From Escherichia phage D6, in the sequence record NC_050154.1: a stretch of 64,000 nucleotides of DNA; one strand, 5' to 3'. The notes under the pieces were generated by a model. It did not search any database, had not been told where the DNA came from, and worked only from the letters and a program-made list of their open reading frames with translations. The position numbers and the translations under genes were made by a program. Shown here in pieces: positions 34,808-45,698 of the stretch; the first letter of the stretch is position 1, and each line of letters begins with the position of its first letter.

Positions 34808-37633
34808 TTACACCTGTGCGACGTTATACCATGTGCCATTGATGTATTTTTGTATTGGCCTGAAGATGGCTTCATCATCGCCATCTACTTCACCAATGAT
34901 TCTTAATCCGGTAATTGCGTGTCCGGCTTTTTCATAACGACCACCACGCGCCATCAATTGAACAACACGTGTGCCAAGTCGGACATCTCTCACATAGCGT
35001 GAGTCAAAATTGCCATAATTGCCGGGAATAACTTGCGCACCACAAAGCCAGTTACCGTTATTATCCATGTACGCCTGACCATCGGTGCCATTGGCTGTCC
35101 TTGAGTTATTAATCATGTAGATGCCAAATTGCTTGTTCCCCAGTCCACCTATCATGAACTTTCGGTCGGCGTGATTCTGGCGAAGTAACGCCTGAGCGCT
35201 ATCAGTGTTAACTATATTTTTCCCAAAGATAGCGTTGTTATCGCGCATCTGAATCCACATACCATTACTGCTGTTAATAGCAAAACGGTCTGAAAGTGTC
35301 TCCCCTGAAACATTAAGACCACGTCCCATCGAAACAGCGCCAGTAGCGTTATTAATCCATAATGGCCTTAATCCGTTATAAGTCCCCATGTTGTCACCGG
35401 AGTTTGTCAACATGAAGTATGTATTTGAACCATCATTACGAATAAAGAATCCGTAATTACCATAAGCAATACGTAGGCCGTTTGCTGATTTTGATATGAC
35501 TTCGCCATTTACAATGGCATTGACAAGAACATACAAAGCATCCCATTTAAGATTCATCAGGTCTTTTGTTGTGGTACTTTGTTTGCTTCTCCATTTGAAA
35601 TATTCATTGCCGTTGTCGCCTGTCTCAAACCACATGTATGAATCAGTATCGCTGTCGGCATCATTTTTAAAACCAATCTTCGCCCAGTCAGTATTCCGAA
35701 TCCAGGCAAGGATTGAGTCGTTTTCAAAAGTAAGTCCACCGGACAAGGTATCGCCTGTCTTTTGAACCGCGTTATCAGCCTTGTTTACCGTTTCCTGTAG
35801 ATTTAAATCTTCCGCCGTTAGCTCAATATTTTTAGAACCGTCAAACGAGACGCCGTTGATAGTACATGCTATCTGCAATTTGGTCGCTGTAGCCGCATTA
35901 CCAGAGGTGTCCTGATTCCCTTTGGCATTGACGCCGGGAACTGAATCTTTTGACGTATAGATCTGTGCCCACTCGGACCATGCCGCAGCAGTGCTATCTC
36001 TTTTGGATCGAATGAAAGCAGGTGCATGAGCGCCATTTGTGCCACTCCAGCCAATGAATAACTCACCTTCGCCAGCAGCGGTGGCACCTTTAAGGTGAAG
36101 CACATTGCCATAGGGGGAAGGGTAGCCATTGTTGTATGCCTCATACATCTGCAATCCAGTAGCAGCACCTTGCGTTGTACCGGTAAGCGCAGTAACGCGT
36201 CCTCTAGACGTAATTGTTGGTATCGAAATGTTCGTAGAACCATCGAACCTGACGCCATTAATGTTTATGGCTGTTTTTAATTTCGTCGCGGTATCGGCGT
36301 TCCCTGTCAGCGCCCCGGTGATCCCGCCGTTGAAAGTCTGGCGTGCACTCCACGTGTTAGCCGTGCTCAACAGGGGGATCTTTTCACCGCTGGTACCGAG
36401 TTCTCTTAAACCAAGGTATTGGATAACGGCCAGTGTGCTTGTTTTAGCCAGAATATCGCGACCGACTGACGTTAAATCAGTCTGCGCTACCGTATCCTTA
36501 CCGGTGAAATAAGGCAGTTTGTTTGCACCAGTCGCAAGGCCAGCGAGCGCGGTTAAAGTTGCATCCAGAGGCTGTTTGCCTGCCAGCGCATTTGTCATTG
36601 TTGTCGCAAAGTTCGGGTCATTACCAAGTGCTGCGGCAAGCTCATTCAGGGTATCAAGAGCTTCTGGTGATGAACCAACCAATGCGGATATGGCAGCTCT
36701 TACATAAGCGGTCGTAGCAATCTGCGTGTTATTCGTACCCTGTGCAGCGGTAGGCGCAGTAGGTATTCCCGTTAATGCAGGACTTGCTAAAGGAGCTTTA
36801 AGAGCCAGAGCATTGTTGATAGTTGTGCTGAAATTCGGGTCGTTATTGATCGCAGCCGCTATTTCTTTCAGCGTGTCCATCGTTCCCGGAGCACCATTGA
36901 TAAGCGCATTTATAGCAGCATAGACAAAGGCCGCATTTGCGATCTGTGTGTTGTTTGTACCGGGTTCAGGTGTCGGCGAAGTCGGCGTACCTGACAGATG
37001 CGGACTATCGAGCGGAGCTTTTGTATCAACCAAATCATGGAGAGTTTTGACAGCCAGAGGTGTAGCCGCTTTTCTTTCTTCTGTACTGCTTATTTCATTA
37101 GAGAATTCGACACCAACAGCACGGTTAACCCGGTATTTAAGCACAATCATTTCTTTAGTCACAGCCGTTGCGCCGTTAGGCACGATAACTCGACATAATT
37201 CAATTTGATTCTGCCCAATAGTATTGTCCGTACGCGCGTAAATTCTTGCAGCACTGACAGAAGATGCGCTATCTACCTGTGTCGTTTTTACACCATGTTC
37301 AAAATTGGCTTCCAGCACAATAATGTTGGTAGCCCCAGCCTTTACCGAGACAGTCACATCTTCTATTTGCTGAACGGATATCTGAACATTATTTACATCT
37401 ACTGAAGCAGCCCCTTTACCTTCTGAGTTTTCAGAAGTTATACGAACACTCAACCCTGTGCCGGGAACTGGTTCAAATCCACAGTAAAAGCCAGGCAAAA
37501 CAATATTTTTAAGTTTTCTGTTAAGAGCCGAACTACTATAGAGTTCGAAATATTGAACATCAGCAAGCAAAGGCTGTGAGACACCAGAGGATAGTGTCAT
37601 TATGTTGTTCGTTTTATCAGCCCCCATAATCAA
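34808..37633 (-). CDS. S: Tail fibre protein S (constant part fused to the currently selected variable part)
   Basis: 941 aa; spans cixR; C-terminal half includes the inverted-repeat region. Confidence 0.8.
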   Translation of the reverse strand: MIMGADKTNNIMTLSSGVSQPLLADVQYFELYSSSALNRKLKNIVLPGFYCGFEPVPGTGLSVRITSENSEGKGAASVDVNNVQISVQQIEDVTVSVKAGATNIIVLEANFEHGVKTTQVDSASSVSAARIYARTDNTIGQNQIELCRVIVPNGATAVTKEMIVLKYRVNRAVGVEFSNEISSTEERKAATPLAVKTLHDLVDTKAPLDSPHLSGTPTSPTPEPGTNNTQIANAAFVYAAINALINGAPGTMDTLKEIAAAINNDPNFSTTINNALALKAPLASPALTGIPTAPTAAQGTNNTQIATTAYVRAAISALVGSSPEALDTLNELAAALGNDPNFATTMTNALAGKQPLDATLTALAGLATGANKLPYFTGKDTVAQTDLTSVGRDILAKTSTLAVIQYLGLRELGTSGEKIPLLSTANTWSARQTFNGGITGALTGNADTATKLKTAININGVRFDGSTNISIPTITSRGRVTALTGTTQGAATGLQMYEAYNNGYPSPYGNVLHLKGATAAGEGELFIGWSGTNGAHAPAFIRSKRDSTAAAWSEWAQIYTSKDSVPGVNAKGNQDTSGNAATATKLQIACTINGVSFDGSKNIELTAEDLNLQETVNKADNAVQKTGDTLSGGLTFENDSILAWIRNTDWAKIGFKNDADSDTDSYMWFETGDNGNEYFKWRSKQSTTTKDLMNLKWDALYVLVNAIVNGEVISKSANGLRIAYGNYGFFIRNDGSNTYFMLTNSGDNMGTYNGLRPLWINNATGAVSMGRGLNVSGETLSDRFAINSSNGMWIQMRDNNAIFGKNIVNTDSAQALLRQNHADRKFMIGGLGNKQFGIYMINNSRTANGTDGQAYMDNNGNWLCGAQVIPGNYGNFDSRYVRDVRLGTRVVQLMARGGRYEKAGHAITGLRIIGEVDGDDEAIFRPIQKYINGTWYNVAQV
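35800..36413. repeat. Right inverted repeat of the C segment
   Basis: Reverse complement of 32146..32762 at high but imperfect identity. Confidence 0.8.
36399..36426. promoter_or_regulatory. cix-type crossover site (right)
   Basis: ttctcttaaaccaaggtattggataa, mirror of the left site with the same AACCAAGG centre. Confidence 0.6.
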
Positions 37634-38076
37634 CCCTCAACTTGCTCGATTGTCATGAGAATACTGTAACGTTTACCTTTATAGAGGGTATCTTGCTGGG
37701 TGCAAAGCACACCAAAAGCCCGTTCCTCAGCATCAACAAGCACAAGCGTGTTAAAATCGTAAGGCGTGTTATCCGGCATTCTTTCTTGTGGGAAGGCTGC
37801 ATTGATAGTGATAATCCCATCCACGCTGGACAATATCAGATCGGACACAGCAAACTGTTGAGCGTCACTCAATTTAAAATCGAGTGGAATGTCCGCTATA
37901 TTCCAGCCTCCTGCACCATTAGCAGTTACCAGACTAGATTTGCACCAATACGCCTTAGAGATAACAAAACGCGCACCTTTGCCGATCGCCGACTCAGCGC
38001 GGCGTGAATAATAGTAGGAAAGCAATTGTGCCTTATACAGGCGGTTACCATCTCTTGCCTTTAAATTTTCAGCCAT
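37630..38076 (-). CDS. Tail fibre / baseplate-associated protein (R-like)
   Basis: 148 aa; immediately upstream of S. Confidence 0.4.
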   Translation of the reverse strand: MAENLKARDGNRLYKAQLLSYYYSRRAESAIGKGARFVISKAYWCKSSLVTANGAGGWNIADIPLDFKLSDAQQFAVSDLILSSVDGIITINAAFPQERMPDNTPYDFNTLVLVDAEERAFGVLCTQQDTLYKGKRYSILMTIEQVEG

Positions 38077-38170
38077 ACGAACATAGCTCCTTCATAAGCA
38101 ATGAACCAAAGGAGAGTATGCTCAGTTTGTGATTTCCGTTGTTCTTCCCCCAAATGCGGGGGAGGAATTA

Positions 38171-39016
38171 TTAAACAGGTTGAAGGTGGTAATCCAAAGG
38201 CCACGCATCGAGTGGGGTTACATCAAGATGTAATTGCTTTTCTGCCGTTCGGTTCGGTATGGCGTTAAGAGAAATATTGTCTACCTGGCAGGAGGTATCA
38301 CTACGGGATAGCATATCAGCCATACTCTCAGTAACATAAACACCTTCAATTACCGAAACATCCGTAGACAAGCAATTTAGTATTTCTGCCACTTCAGGGA
38401 ATACAGCACTAAGCCGAAACGAGACGCCATCAAAAACAATATGCAATGGCAATAAAGGGGCTATTACTGTTTCGAAGTCAGATAACAATTTCTGTACAGC
38501 GGCTTCTTTATCCTGCTCTCCATATGAGCGATATAGCTTGTTCTGATCAACAACGACCAGCCCCCTTGATGTCAGGAAGAACTCACCGAATTGAGCCTGT
38601 GCCGTAGGTATTTCTATTTCGGTCGCAAAATATGAACCATAGGGGTGTTTTTCTATATTTACAGGTGCATACAGCGGTTCCCAACTAACAGGAATACAAC
38701 CGAATTCACGCCAGAATGTCTGCTCAATTGGCAAGATAGTGCCTTTAAAGTGCACTTCATCTAAACGTTGTGCCAGCAGCATTGGCCTACGAGCCTTATC
38801 TTTTTCAGTGATAACGAAAAAACGCCCGTATTCAGCAATGCGGGCATCCATGTCCTCACTGTCCATAGTGAAGAAGGATTTTCTGTTACTTATTCTTGTT
38901 AATATTGGTTCTACTGCCTCATTCCAGACATCCTGTAAAGCGTCTATAAATGCACTCCAGAGATGTGAATCCTGTTTTACTTTAGTTAATCGTTCCTTAA
39001 GCCAATTATCTTTCAT
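38171..39016 (-). CDS. Baseplate protein (gene 16-like position)
   Basis: 281-aa ORF between baseplate J-like and R-like genes. Confidence 0.35.
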   Translation of the reverse strand: MKDNWLKERLTKVKQDSHLWSAFIDALQDVWNEAVEPILTRISNRKSFFTMDSEDMDARIAEYGRFFVITEKDKARRPMLLAQRLDEVHFKGTILPIEQTFWREFGCIPVSWEPLYAPVNIEKHPYGSYFATEIEIPTAQAQFGEFFLTSRGLVVVDQNKLYRSYGEQDKEAAVQKLLSDFETVIAPLLPLHIVFDGVSFRLSAVFPEVAEILNCLSTDVSVIEGVYVTESMADMLSRSDTSCQVDNISLNAIPNRTAEKQLHLDVTPLDAWPLDYHLQPV

Positions 39017-39026
39017 GCTAACCTCA

Positions 39027-40457
39027 TTACGGGTAAGAAATGCTGAACGTTGAAGATTTCACGTCAAGATAAATGAAGTCATTAAAGTAAACTGCATCTT
39101 TCATATTTTGTATTGTTATGTCATAAGAGAGAAACATATCCAGCGACTCTATTACTCGCCAAATATCTTTAACTTTTACCTGTGCATAACATTGCTGAGA
39201 ATCATCATCACTCTGTAGTAATAAACTGAATGATGACGAATCACGACCAAAATTTTCTTCCAACGCTGCTTTAATAGCATTTTGAGCGTCGTCTATCAGA
39301 ACATTTTTACGTGCAATACCTGTAAATTTTATAGTAAATGGTTGTTCATTTGTATCTACATACTCAAACCGCTTGTTCAACTCATTTGGAACATTCTCTA
39401 GAGCTTTCAGTATTTCTGATTTTAGCTGAGCCTGGCTTACACCTGGCTTATGTCCGCAAAAGAAAATCTTGTTGATGTTTCGAACGTCAAACCCAGTTAT
39501 TTTCTCTTGCAACGCTTCGCCCCAAACGTTCAACCATGAAGTTCCATGAACAACATTCTGAATGAATTGGCGATAATCACCGCCCCATACCACTTGTTCA
39601 TCGTATGCAACATAATACTGAGCACGATTTCGAGTTTCTTCTGTAGTTTCCATACCACTACCACCGGTAATGATCGAATCAGTTTTAAACTCTAGTGACT
39701 CCACATATTGAGCGATATTTCCAGCCGGTTCTAACTTTTGTCCTTCAGCCAAAGTATAGTCGCCAAGGCTAGCCATAACATCGATTCGAACCTGACAGCC
39801 TGCTGGAGGCATCATACCCATAGAACCATCACCAAACTTGACTCCAAGTTGTTCTGTAGGTTTATATGCCAATGAATAGTGCTTACTCTTGTCTCTGGAC
39901 ATTCTAAATAATGGGTTATATGTCCATTTTTCTTCTACGCCATCTGTAATAACATAAACATCCAGGCTAGAGACTTCTTTTGTTAATTCTCTGGAAAGCA
40001 ACAATGTCAGAAATAAAGTTTCCTTCTCAATATCAAATGTAACGCTAACAGCTTCATGCTGTTTAGTTTCTACGCCAGAAACAGTTCCTCCAGCAGGAAT
40101 TACAACACTGTTAATAATTGCCAAAGGTGTTTGGTCATTGGCAAGCAATTCAGCCCCGGCTGGTAACGTAATATCCCGATCAGTTTTATTGGTTATAGAC
40201 GTTGTTCCGTATGAAGCACTAACAAATCGCCCTACGTAGCTACGGTCTTCAGCAACCGCTAAAATACTTGAGCGGCGCGTAGCCGTTGAAATAAGTCCCT
40301 CAGTGAGGCCGCGGCTTGCAAATGTACGGGCAATATAAATAAGCTGTGATCCGAATATAGCGTGCATCTGCACAAACTGACTATTTACAAATCGTGACCA
40401 CCATGTGTTTTCATTTAACTTGGCGTTAAATTTGTCCAGTAATTCTGTAATCGTCAC
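39027..40457 (-). CDS. Baseplate J-like protein (BplA-like)
   Basis: 476 aa downstream of the W/gp25-like gene; classic myovirus baseplate order. Confidence 0.45.
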   Translation of the reverse strand: MTITELLDKFNAKLNENTWWSRFVNSQFVQMHAIFGSQLIYIARTFASRGLTEGLISTATRRSSILAVAEDRSYVGRFVSASYGTTSITNKTDRDITLPAGAELLANDQTPLAIINSVVIPAGGTVSGVETKQHEAVSVTFDIEKETLFLTLLLSRELTKEVSSLDVYVITDGVEEKWTYNPLFRMSRDKSKHYSLAYKPTEQLGVKFGDGSMGMMPPAGCQVRIDVMASLGDYTLAEGQKLEPAGNIAQYVESLEFKTDSIITGGSGMETTEETRNRAQYYVAYDEQVVWGGDYRQFIQNVVHGTSWLNVWGEALQEKITGFDVRNINKIFFCGHKPGVSQAQLKSEILKALENVPNELNKRFEYVDTNEQPFTIKFTGIARKNVLIDDAQNAIKAALEENFGRDSSSFSLLLQSDDDSQQCYAQVKVKDIWRVIESLDMFLSYDITIQNMKDAVYFNDFIYLDVKSSTFSISYP

Positions 40458-40828
40458 GCGCCCACCCCACTTGATTTCTGCATAACAATATCCATGCTCC
40501 CACCTTTCGCATAAAAACTAATTAATAAAGAATCTTCAGAAATTGATGTGCAACGAATCCCCTGCACATCCAAACCTGGCAAGTCTTGTCGTAGTTTTTT
40601 CATCATTCTCCCTTCAATAGCCACTTCAACTATGTGCGAAGTTTCAGAGCCGAATGGTTCATGCTTAAATTCTTCCATTGGATTCCCCCAAGAGGGTAAA
40701 CCATAAACACTCCCTTCAGGGGTTCGTAGCCACTCGTCAAGTCGGGCCATCCATGCTGCGGAACTTCCTTCTGCAATAATGACACCGCTCTCATTCGTTT
40801 GAAGTCTTGCGTCTATTTCATAAAGCAT
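40454..40828 (-). CDS. Baseplate wedge gpW/gp25-like protein
   Basis: 124 aa; directly downstream of the tape-measure gene and coupled to the J-like gene. Confidence 0.45.
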   Translation of the reverse strand: MLYEIDARLQTNESGVIIAEGSSAAWMARLDEWLRTPEGSVYGLPSWGNPMEEFKHEPFGSETSHIVEVAIEGRMMKKLRQDLPGLDVQGIRCTSISEDSLLISFYAKGGSMDIVMQKSSGVGA

Positions 40829-40833
40829 CTTTA

Positions 40834-43800
40834 TTAATCCTCAAGCAGAGCATCCAGCGACGGGTCATTAATAGTTGTGCTAGCACGTGGTCGCGGTTGC
40901 GGCTGCGATGTTTTGACAACCTTATCCGGATCGCCTTTTGTATTGTTCTTGTTCACATTCAGAAGATCGTTCAGGATAGAGCAGATGTTATCCAGCGCCT
41001 TCAACATAGCAGGATCGTTATTTATAGTGTCAGTAGTTAATGGTTGTCTTATTCCGCTTCGTGCGAGATCTGTTACAGTAGGAAGCTGTGGTGGCATAGC
41101 AAGAAAAGGTTCTTGCACGGCTGACGCAGAGCCAAATATGGCATTATTGGCTTCGTTTGATATACCTCTAATGCTATCTGCGGTTTGTTGAATACCATTA
41201 TTCAGCCAACTACCGGCGCTCCTGGTAAGCGGGCTAATAGCCCTAGCAATTGTTGAGTTCTGCCCAGTAGCCTGATAAACCAAATCATTAACAATGCCAG
41301 TGCCATCTACCCCACCAATAAGTCGTGAAACGTTATCGCCAATTGCAGGTAACACAGCAGAGCTAATACGTTTCAGACCTGTTAATGACGAGTCAAACAA
41401 AGAGCCAAGCACCCCCTTATCTTCACCATCAATTACCTTGTATCCATTGTCATAAACTGGAATCCCCCTTGAGTTTACAGGGATTTTTTCACTCTCACTT
41501 GCCGAAGAAACACCGGAAAGAAGATCCACTGAAGGCATATCGCGTTCAGCTTTTGGTCTTTTTTGTAAAGCGTCTCTTATATCAGTTACCTGGCTTGCTT
41601 TTTGAAATCCAAAAGATTTACCGGTTAAGCTGGATATCTTTTCAGTAAGAGCCTGATCCATTCCTTTCGCTTTTTCGGAAAGCGAAGATATAGAACCAAA
41701 CGAAGTCGCCGACGCAAAATCCTTAATCAGGCCAAGGCTTGTACCAGCAAGGCTGGTAGCCGCACCTCCAAATAAATTACCTACCCCGCTGTCATTTATA
41801 GCGATTAATCTCTCAAGCAGACTTGATGGAGAGCCAGTATTAACATCAACGTTCTCTGGATTAATCGGTTGCGATTGATTGCCTGTTTTTTGTGGCTTTT
41901 TGACTGCCTGGGCATATTGTGCAACCTCAATTGGCTGTTGTGTTGCTGTCGGAACGGCATTCAAAACTGGTTGAGCTGGAGATTTTCCATTAACATATTT
42001 TATCTTGCGACCAACACTATATTGCGAATCGCGGGCAATTAGCTGACCACCATTTTCTTTCTGAATTTTATTAATCCGCGCCAATGTTTCGTCAGAGAAT
42101 TGTCCCTCCCATCGACCAGTATTTGTGTTAAATGCCCCAAGAGCATTCTTTATGAACTCATTGTTAACCGCCGGGTTTCCACCTTCTTTCGTCGCTATTG
42201 CACGAACTAATTGCGTCATAACCTCTGGGTTGCTGACGTCTATTTTTTCATTAGGCGAGACGCCAAGATATTTGCTGACGTTATCAATATATTGATTAGT
42301 ATTGTTCTCCTTTGGGGGTGCCCATTTGGAAATAATACTGGATACCGTCTGTAGCTTCTGATACCCAGCAGCGGCGCTGGTGCCGTTGTAATAGCTTGAC
42401 ACCTGGTTTGCCAGCGCCCTGATCCCTTCTTCAGGCGTGTTAAATCGCGCAAAACGTTGTTCACCTTTTGCATTTGGTGCTTCCAGCGTCGCCCCTTCCT
42501 GATTAGCGAAAACAAGGTTGCCGAGATTATTATTCCGGTAATTGCGGTTTTTGGCGTTGCTGCCACCAATATTCAGATCCGCTGCAATGGTGTTGCTGGT
42601 AGGGGCATTAAATTCAGCCGGGGAAGTATACCCGTGCTCACCAACACCATCTTCACCATCACGCCCGCCTTGTAGCTGCTCACCTAAAGAATGAATCGCA
42701 TCGACAGTTTTTTTGGTGCCGTCTTCAACAGCTTTTTTTACTTGTTTTGTGTTTTCGTCAGTGGATAAAAATGTATCCTTAAGGCTACCAAAAACAGATT
42801 TTGTGATATCTACCGCGCCGTTAACACCACGAGCAATATCTCCGGTATCAAAATTCTGAAGTTTTTCACCTGCTCTTTCAAATCCTAGCGCAGAAATTCC
42901 TTTCCCTATCAAGTTTGTTGCGCCCGACACCAAGCCCCCCATATCGAGCACATTAGCTGTTGCGTAAGCCGTTTTTTGCTGTTCGGATACAGCATCATCG
43001 TCACTTAAACCAAAGGCTGCCTTTTGCGCCTCTGTATCTGTGTAACCATCTATGGCGTCATATCCAGCCATTGCCAGCGAACCGATGATAGGGACCGCTC
43101 TTGCCGCAGTGGATGCTGCTGATTTAACTCCTATTTTTGCAGCACTTTTGAGGGCTACAGATTCAGTTTTTTTCTTTGCAATGGCTTCGCCGGTTTTAAT
43201 GGTGGCATCTTCAGCCACAACACCAGCTGACTTCACGGCCTTAGCAGTATTTTTTGTTTCCTTTGCAATCCCCTTTGATGTATCGCTGATAGTGCTTACA
43301 TCTTTGGGTTTGCTGATCTCATTTTTAACTACTTTTGCTGCTCCGACACCAGTGCCAGCTGCAGCGCTACCGGCAGCAACTTTTTCGCCAACGGAGAGTG
43401 CTTTTTTCCCAAGATTGCGGCCTTTCCTTTTCGATTTATTCCGTTTATTTTTTCCCGTTTGATCACCAATATTGATTTTATTTCTTCTGCTTGCTCGATT
43501 TTTCCAGAGATCACTTAAGCCGAACTTATTTCCAGAAGACACTGATTTCCGAAGCTTAACTATCTCGTCAGAAACATTTTCCAGACCATCAATTATTTTG
43601 TTGTCATTGGTCTGAAGGATTTTGGTTTGCTCTTCTACTGCTTGTGCGGATTTTGTCTCAACAGCGTTATTGAACGCTTTTGCAGATGTTGCTTTTTGAG
43701 AATTCACCGCCGCCGGATAAGTAATTACTGGTGATATCGCTTTCGAGGTTGATGTTTCTTTTTTCCCCTTTTCTACCCATTCTTTAAGAGATTCTGCTTT

Positions 43801-44616
43801 ACCTGTGATCTCTTTAGTTATGTCGTACATGCCTCGAGCCGCCATCCATAACGGCCCACCAGCACCGACACCAGCTGCATTTGTTAAAGACTCTTCACTG
43901 GAAGACTGATTGCCATCTACCCCCATAATGGAACCTAGCTTTCTGAGAAAGCCAGCTTGTAATTTTGCGTCGGCTTTACGTGCGTTCTGCAATTCTTTTT
44001 TTCTGGCTATATCCTCATTGCTTTTTTGGGATACAAAACGTCCATTACTATCCCGCAGCGGGCCTTTTAGACTTTGGGGGGATTGTGGTTCAAGAGGGGC
44101 TGAATTAGCCGCTACCGGTATAAAACCGTCCGATTTTCGGATGGTCTGACGTGATTGCACGGAGCGAACACTTTCTGGTGTGTTCGTTGCAACGATAGCG
44201 CGGTCCACGGTTTGGTTTATCGGTGCCCTTTCCTTTTTAGCAGGGAGACGTTTTTTATATGGGTTAGTTTGGGCATCTCTAACGCTATCAGATGTACTTT
44301 GCTCGTAGTCTTTACGCCTGCGTGATAGTCTGTTGCTAACTCTGCCTTGCTTTTCGTCCTGTTGAGTTATGGTGCCTACCCCAGAAAGAATGGCGTCTTT
44401 TACCTCAGCAAGAGCTTTAAGTTCGTTTGTGCTCGCCTCCTGAATAGCGTCAATTATTGCGATACGGTCTTTATTCTCTTTCAAAATAACCTCTCTTTTA
44501 CCAGCGCGATCAACGTTTCCCGGCTTGAGCTTTGTATTTTTCTTCCAGGGCTTTTGACATATGGAGTGCTCGCCATTGCGGTAATTGTTCAACGTCGCTA
44601 ACGGGCTGATATCCAT
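40834..44616 (-). CDS. sit: Tape-measure / structural injection transglycosylase (Sit-like)
   Basis: 1260 aa; Ala/Gly/Ser-rich repetitive body; central region resembles lytic transglycosylase domains; position before baseplate genes. Confidence 0.55.
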   Translation of the reverse strand: MDISPLATLNNYRNGEHSICQKPWKKNTKLKPGNVDRAGKREVILKENKDRIAIIDAIQEASTNELKALAEVKDAILSGVGTITQQDEKQGRVSNRLSRRRKDYEQSTSDSVRDAQTNPYKKRLPAKKERAPINQTVDRAIVATNTPESVRSVQSRQTIRKSDGFIPVAANSAPLEPQSPQSLKGPLRDSNGRFVSQKSNEDIARKKELQNARKADAKLQAGFLRKLGSIMGVDGNQSSSEESLTNAAGVGAGGPLWMAARGMYDITKEITGKAESLKEWVEKGKKETSTSKAISPVITYPAAVNSQKATSAKAFNNAVETKSAQAVEEQTKILQTNDNKIIDGLENVSDEIVKLRKSVSSGNKFGLSDLWKNRASRRNKINIGDQTGKNKRNKSKRKGRNLGKKALSVGEKVAAGSAAAGTGVGAAKVVKNEISKPKDVSTISDTSKGIAKETKNTAKAVKSAGVVAEDATIKTGEAIAKKKTESVALKSAAKIGVKSAASTAARAVPIIGSLAMAGYDAIDGYTDTEAQKAAFGLSDDDAVSEQQKTAYATANVLDMGGLVSGATNLIGKGISALGFERAGEKLQNFDTGDIARGVNGAVDITKSVFGSLKDTFLSTDENTKQVKKAVEDGTKKTVDAIHSLGEQLQGGRDGEDGVGEHGYTSPAEFNAPTSNTIAADLNIGGSNAKNRNYRNNNLGNLVFANQEGATLEAPNAKGEQRFARFNTPEEGIRALANQVSSYYNGTSAAAGYQKLQTVSSIISKWAPPKENNTNQYIDNVSKYLGVSPNEKIDVSNPEVMTQLVRAIATKEGGNPAVNNEFIKNALGAFNTNTGRWEGQFSDETLARINKIQKENGGQLIARDSQYSVGRKIKYVNGKSPAQPVLNAVPTATQQPIEVAQYAQAVKKPQKTGNQSQPINPENVDVNTGSPSSLLERLIAINDSGVGNLFGGAATSLAGTSLGLIKDFASATSFGSISSLSEKAKGMDQALTEKISSLTGKSFGFQKASQVTDIRDALQKRPKAERDMPSVDLLSGVSSASESEKIPVNSRGIPVYDNGYKVIDGEDKGVLGSLFDSSLTGLKRISSAVLPAIGDNVSRLIGGVDGTGIVNDLVYQATGQNSTIARAISPLTRSAGSWLNNGIQQTADSIRGISNEANNAIFGSASAVQEPFLAMPPQLPTVTDLARSGIRQPLTTDTINNDPAMLKALDNICSILNDLLNVNKNNTKGDPDKVVKTSQPQPRPRASTTINDPSLDALLED

Positions 44617-44630
44617 ATAGAGTCAGGTTG

Positions 44631-45452
44631 TTAATAATGGTTAGCCATCCATTCAGATCTAATTGATGGGATAAACTCTCTATTGAGAAAGGGGACGTAC
44701 AGTGTGGTTGTCACATCTGCACCCTCCTTAGCGTTTTTGCAATGTTGCGGAGGCAGGATCAGTCGGCTTGTGCCTCTCTCAATAGACATTTTCAGGCCGT
44801 GGCGTAGGTCTTTTTGCATAAGCTGTATGCGAGCCACAAGCGGAGTAAATTCGGTTTCAAGCGCCATGCTTTCAATGATGTCAAAGCGTCGGTTAGCGGC
44901 CTGCGTGAAGTCCTCCGGATCGTCTTCAAGCGCCGTGCATAAAGCGAGTTCAGCAATTCGCATCCGTGCCACGCCAGCACTGTATTCGGGGCTTTTCATA
45001 TCAGGAAGTGACGCTCGCATTCGTTCAAGGAGTTCCGCGCCTTTCCCGGTTAATGGTTTAAGTATCCAGTCAGTTGGTATTCCATTTACTGGTACGTTGG
45101 TTTTCACGTAAGGAGGTACAGTGAGTATTTCTACTGTTTGGGCCAGGTCGCTCAGGTTAATATCTGCATGATGCGTATTACCGCAGTGACTGCACTCATA
45201 GGAGTAGGTCATTACTGCATCGGGGCGCGAATTAACAAATATCCACCAAAGAGCAGTTCTGCGATCCTGAACTGTCCAGTTAGCACTGTCGTTAATTTCA
45301 CCATCCTGCATAGAGTTAAGGTACTCTGTAGTAGTTGCCTCATCTTCTGCCGGGTTCAGGTCAGAATATTTCAGCGCATCCTTCACGGTAGGGGCGTGGA
45401 ACTGAATTTCTGTCTCAGGACGGGAAGGCAATGGGAATTTTGGAATGTTCAA
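44631..45452 (-). CDS. Tail-assembly-associated protein with Zn-ribbon (PmgB-like position)
   Basis: 273 aa; CSHCG motif; first gene of the tail operon. Confidence 0.3.
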   Translation of the reverse strand: MNIPKFPLPSRPETEIQFHAPTVKDALKYSDLNPAEDEATTTEYLNSMQDGEINDSANWTVQDRRTALWWIFVNSRPDAVMTYSYECSHCGNTHHADINLSDLAQTVEILTVPPYVKTNVPVNGIPTDWILKPLTGKGAELLERMRASLPDMKSPEYSAGVARMRIAELALCTALEDDPEDFTQAANRRFDIIESMALETEFTPLVARIQLMQKDLRHGLKMSIERGTSRLILPPQHCKNAKEGADVTTTLYVPFLNREFIPSIRSEWMANHY

Positions 45453-45698
45453 TTATTCCTCCGAAAAGCAGGTATCTGTTCATTTTCCAGAGGATAGGGA
45501 GTGTGTGATTTGCGATGGGGATTGAATGAAGATCTTTGCCGGTCGAGAAGCGATTATTGAGGGTGATTTTTACACCTTAAGTGACGCTACTCACATATCC
45601 ACAGAGTATTTTTATAAACCTTTTTCCATTTTTAATCCTTTTTAGATCCTTTTTAGGCGTCGCTGGAGCCAGTAGTGGCGCGGGCTGTAGAGGAGGCT

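Larger units (their letters stand above)
32146..36413. mobile_element. Invertible tail-fibre C segment (~4.3 kb) bounded by cix sites
   Basis: Flanked by ~0.6-kb inverted repeats; contains Sv'-U' on plus and Sv-U on minus; adjacent cin. Confidence 0.8.

Noticed and set aside
32153-36280. Small ORFs at 32153..32464 (minus) and 36095..36280 (plus) beginning MKHIAIGG
   Set aside because: They are mirror-image reading frames created by the inverted repeats of the C segment and lie antisense to the tail-fibre coding sequence.
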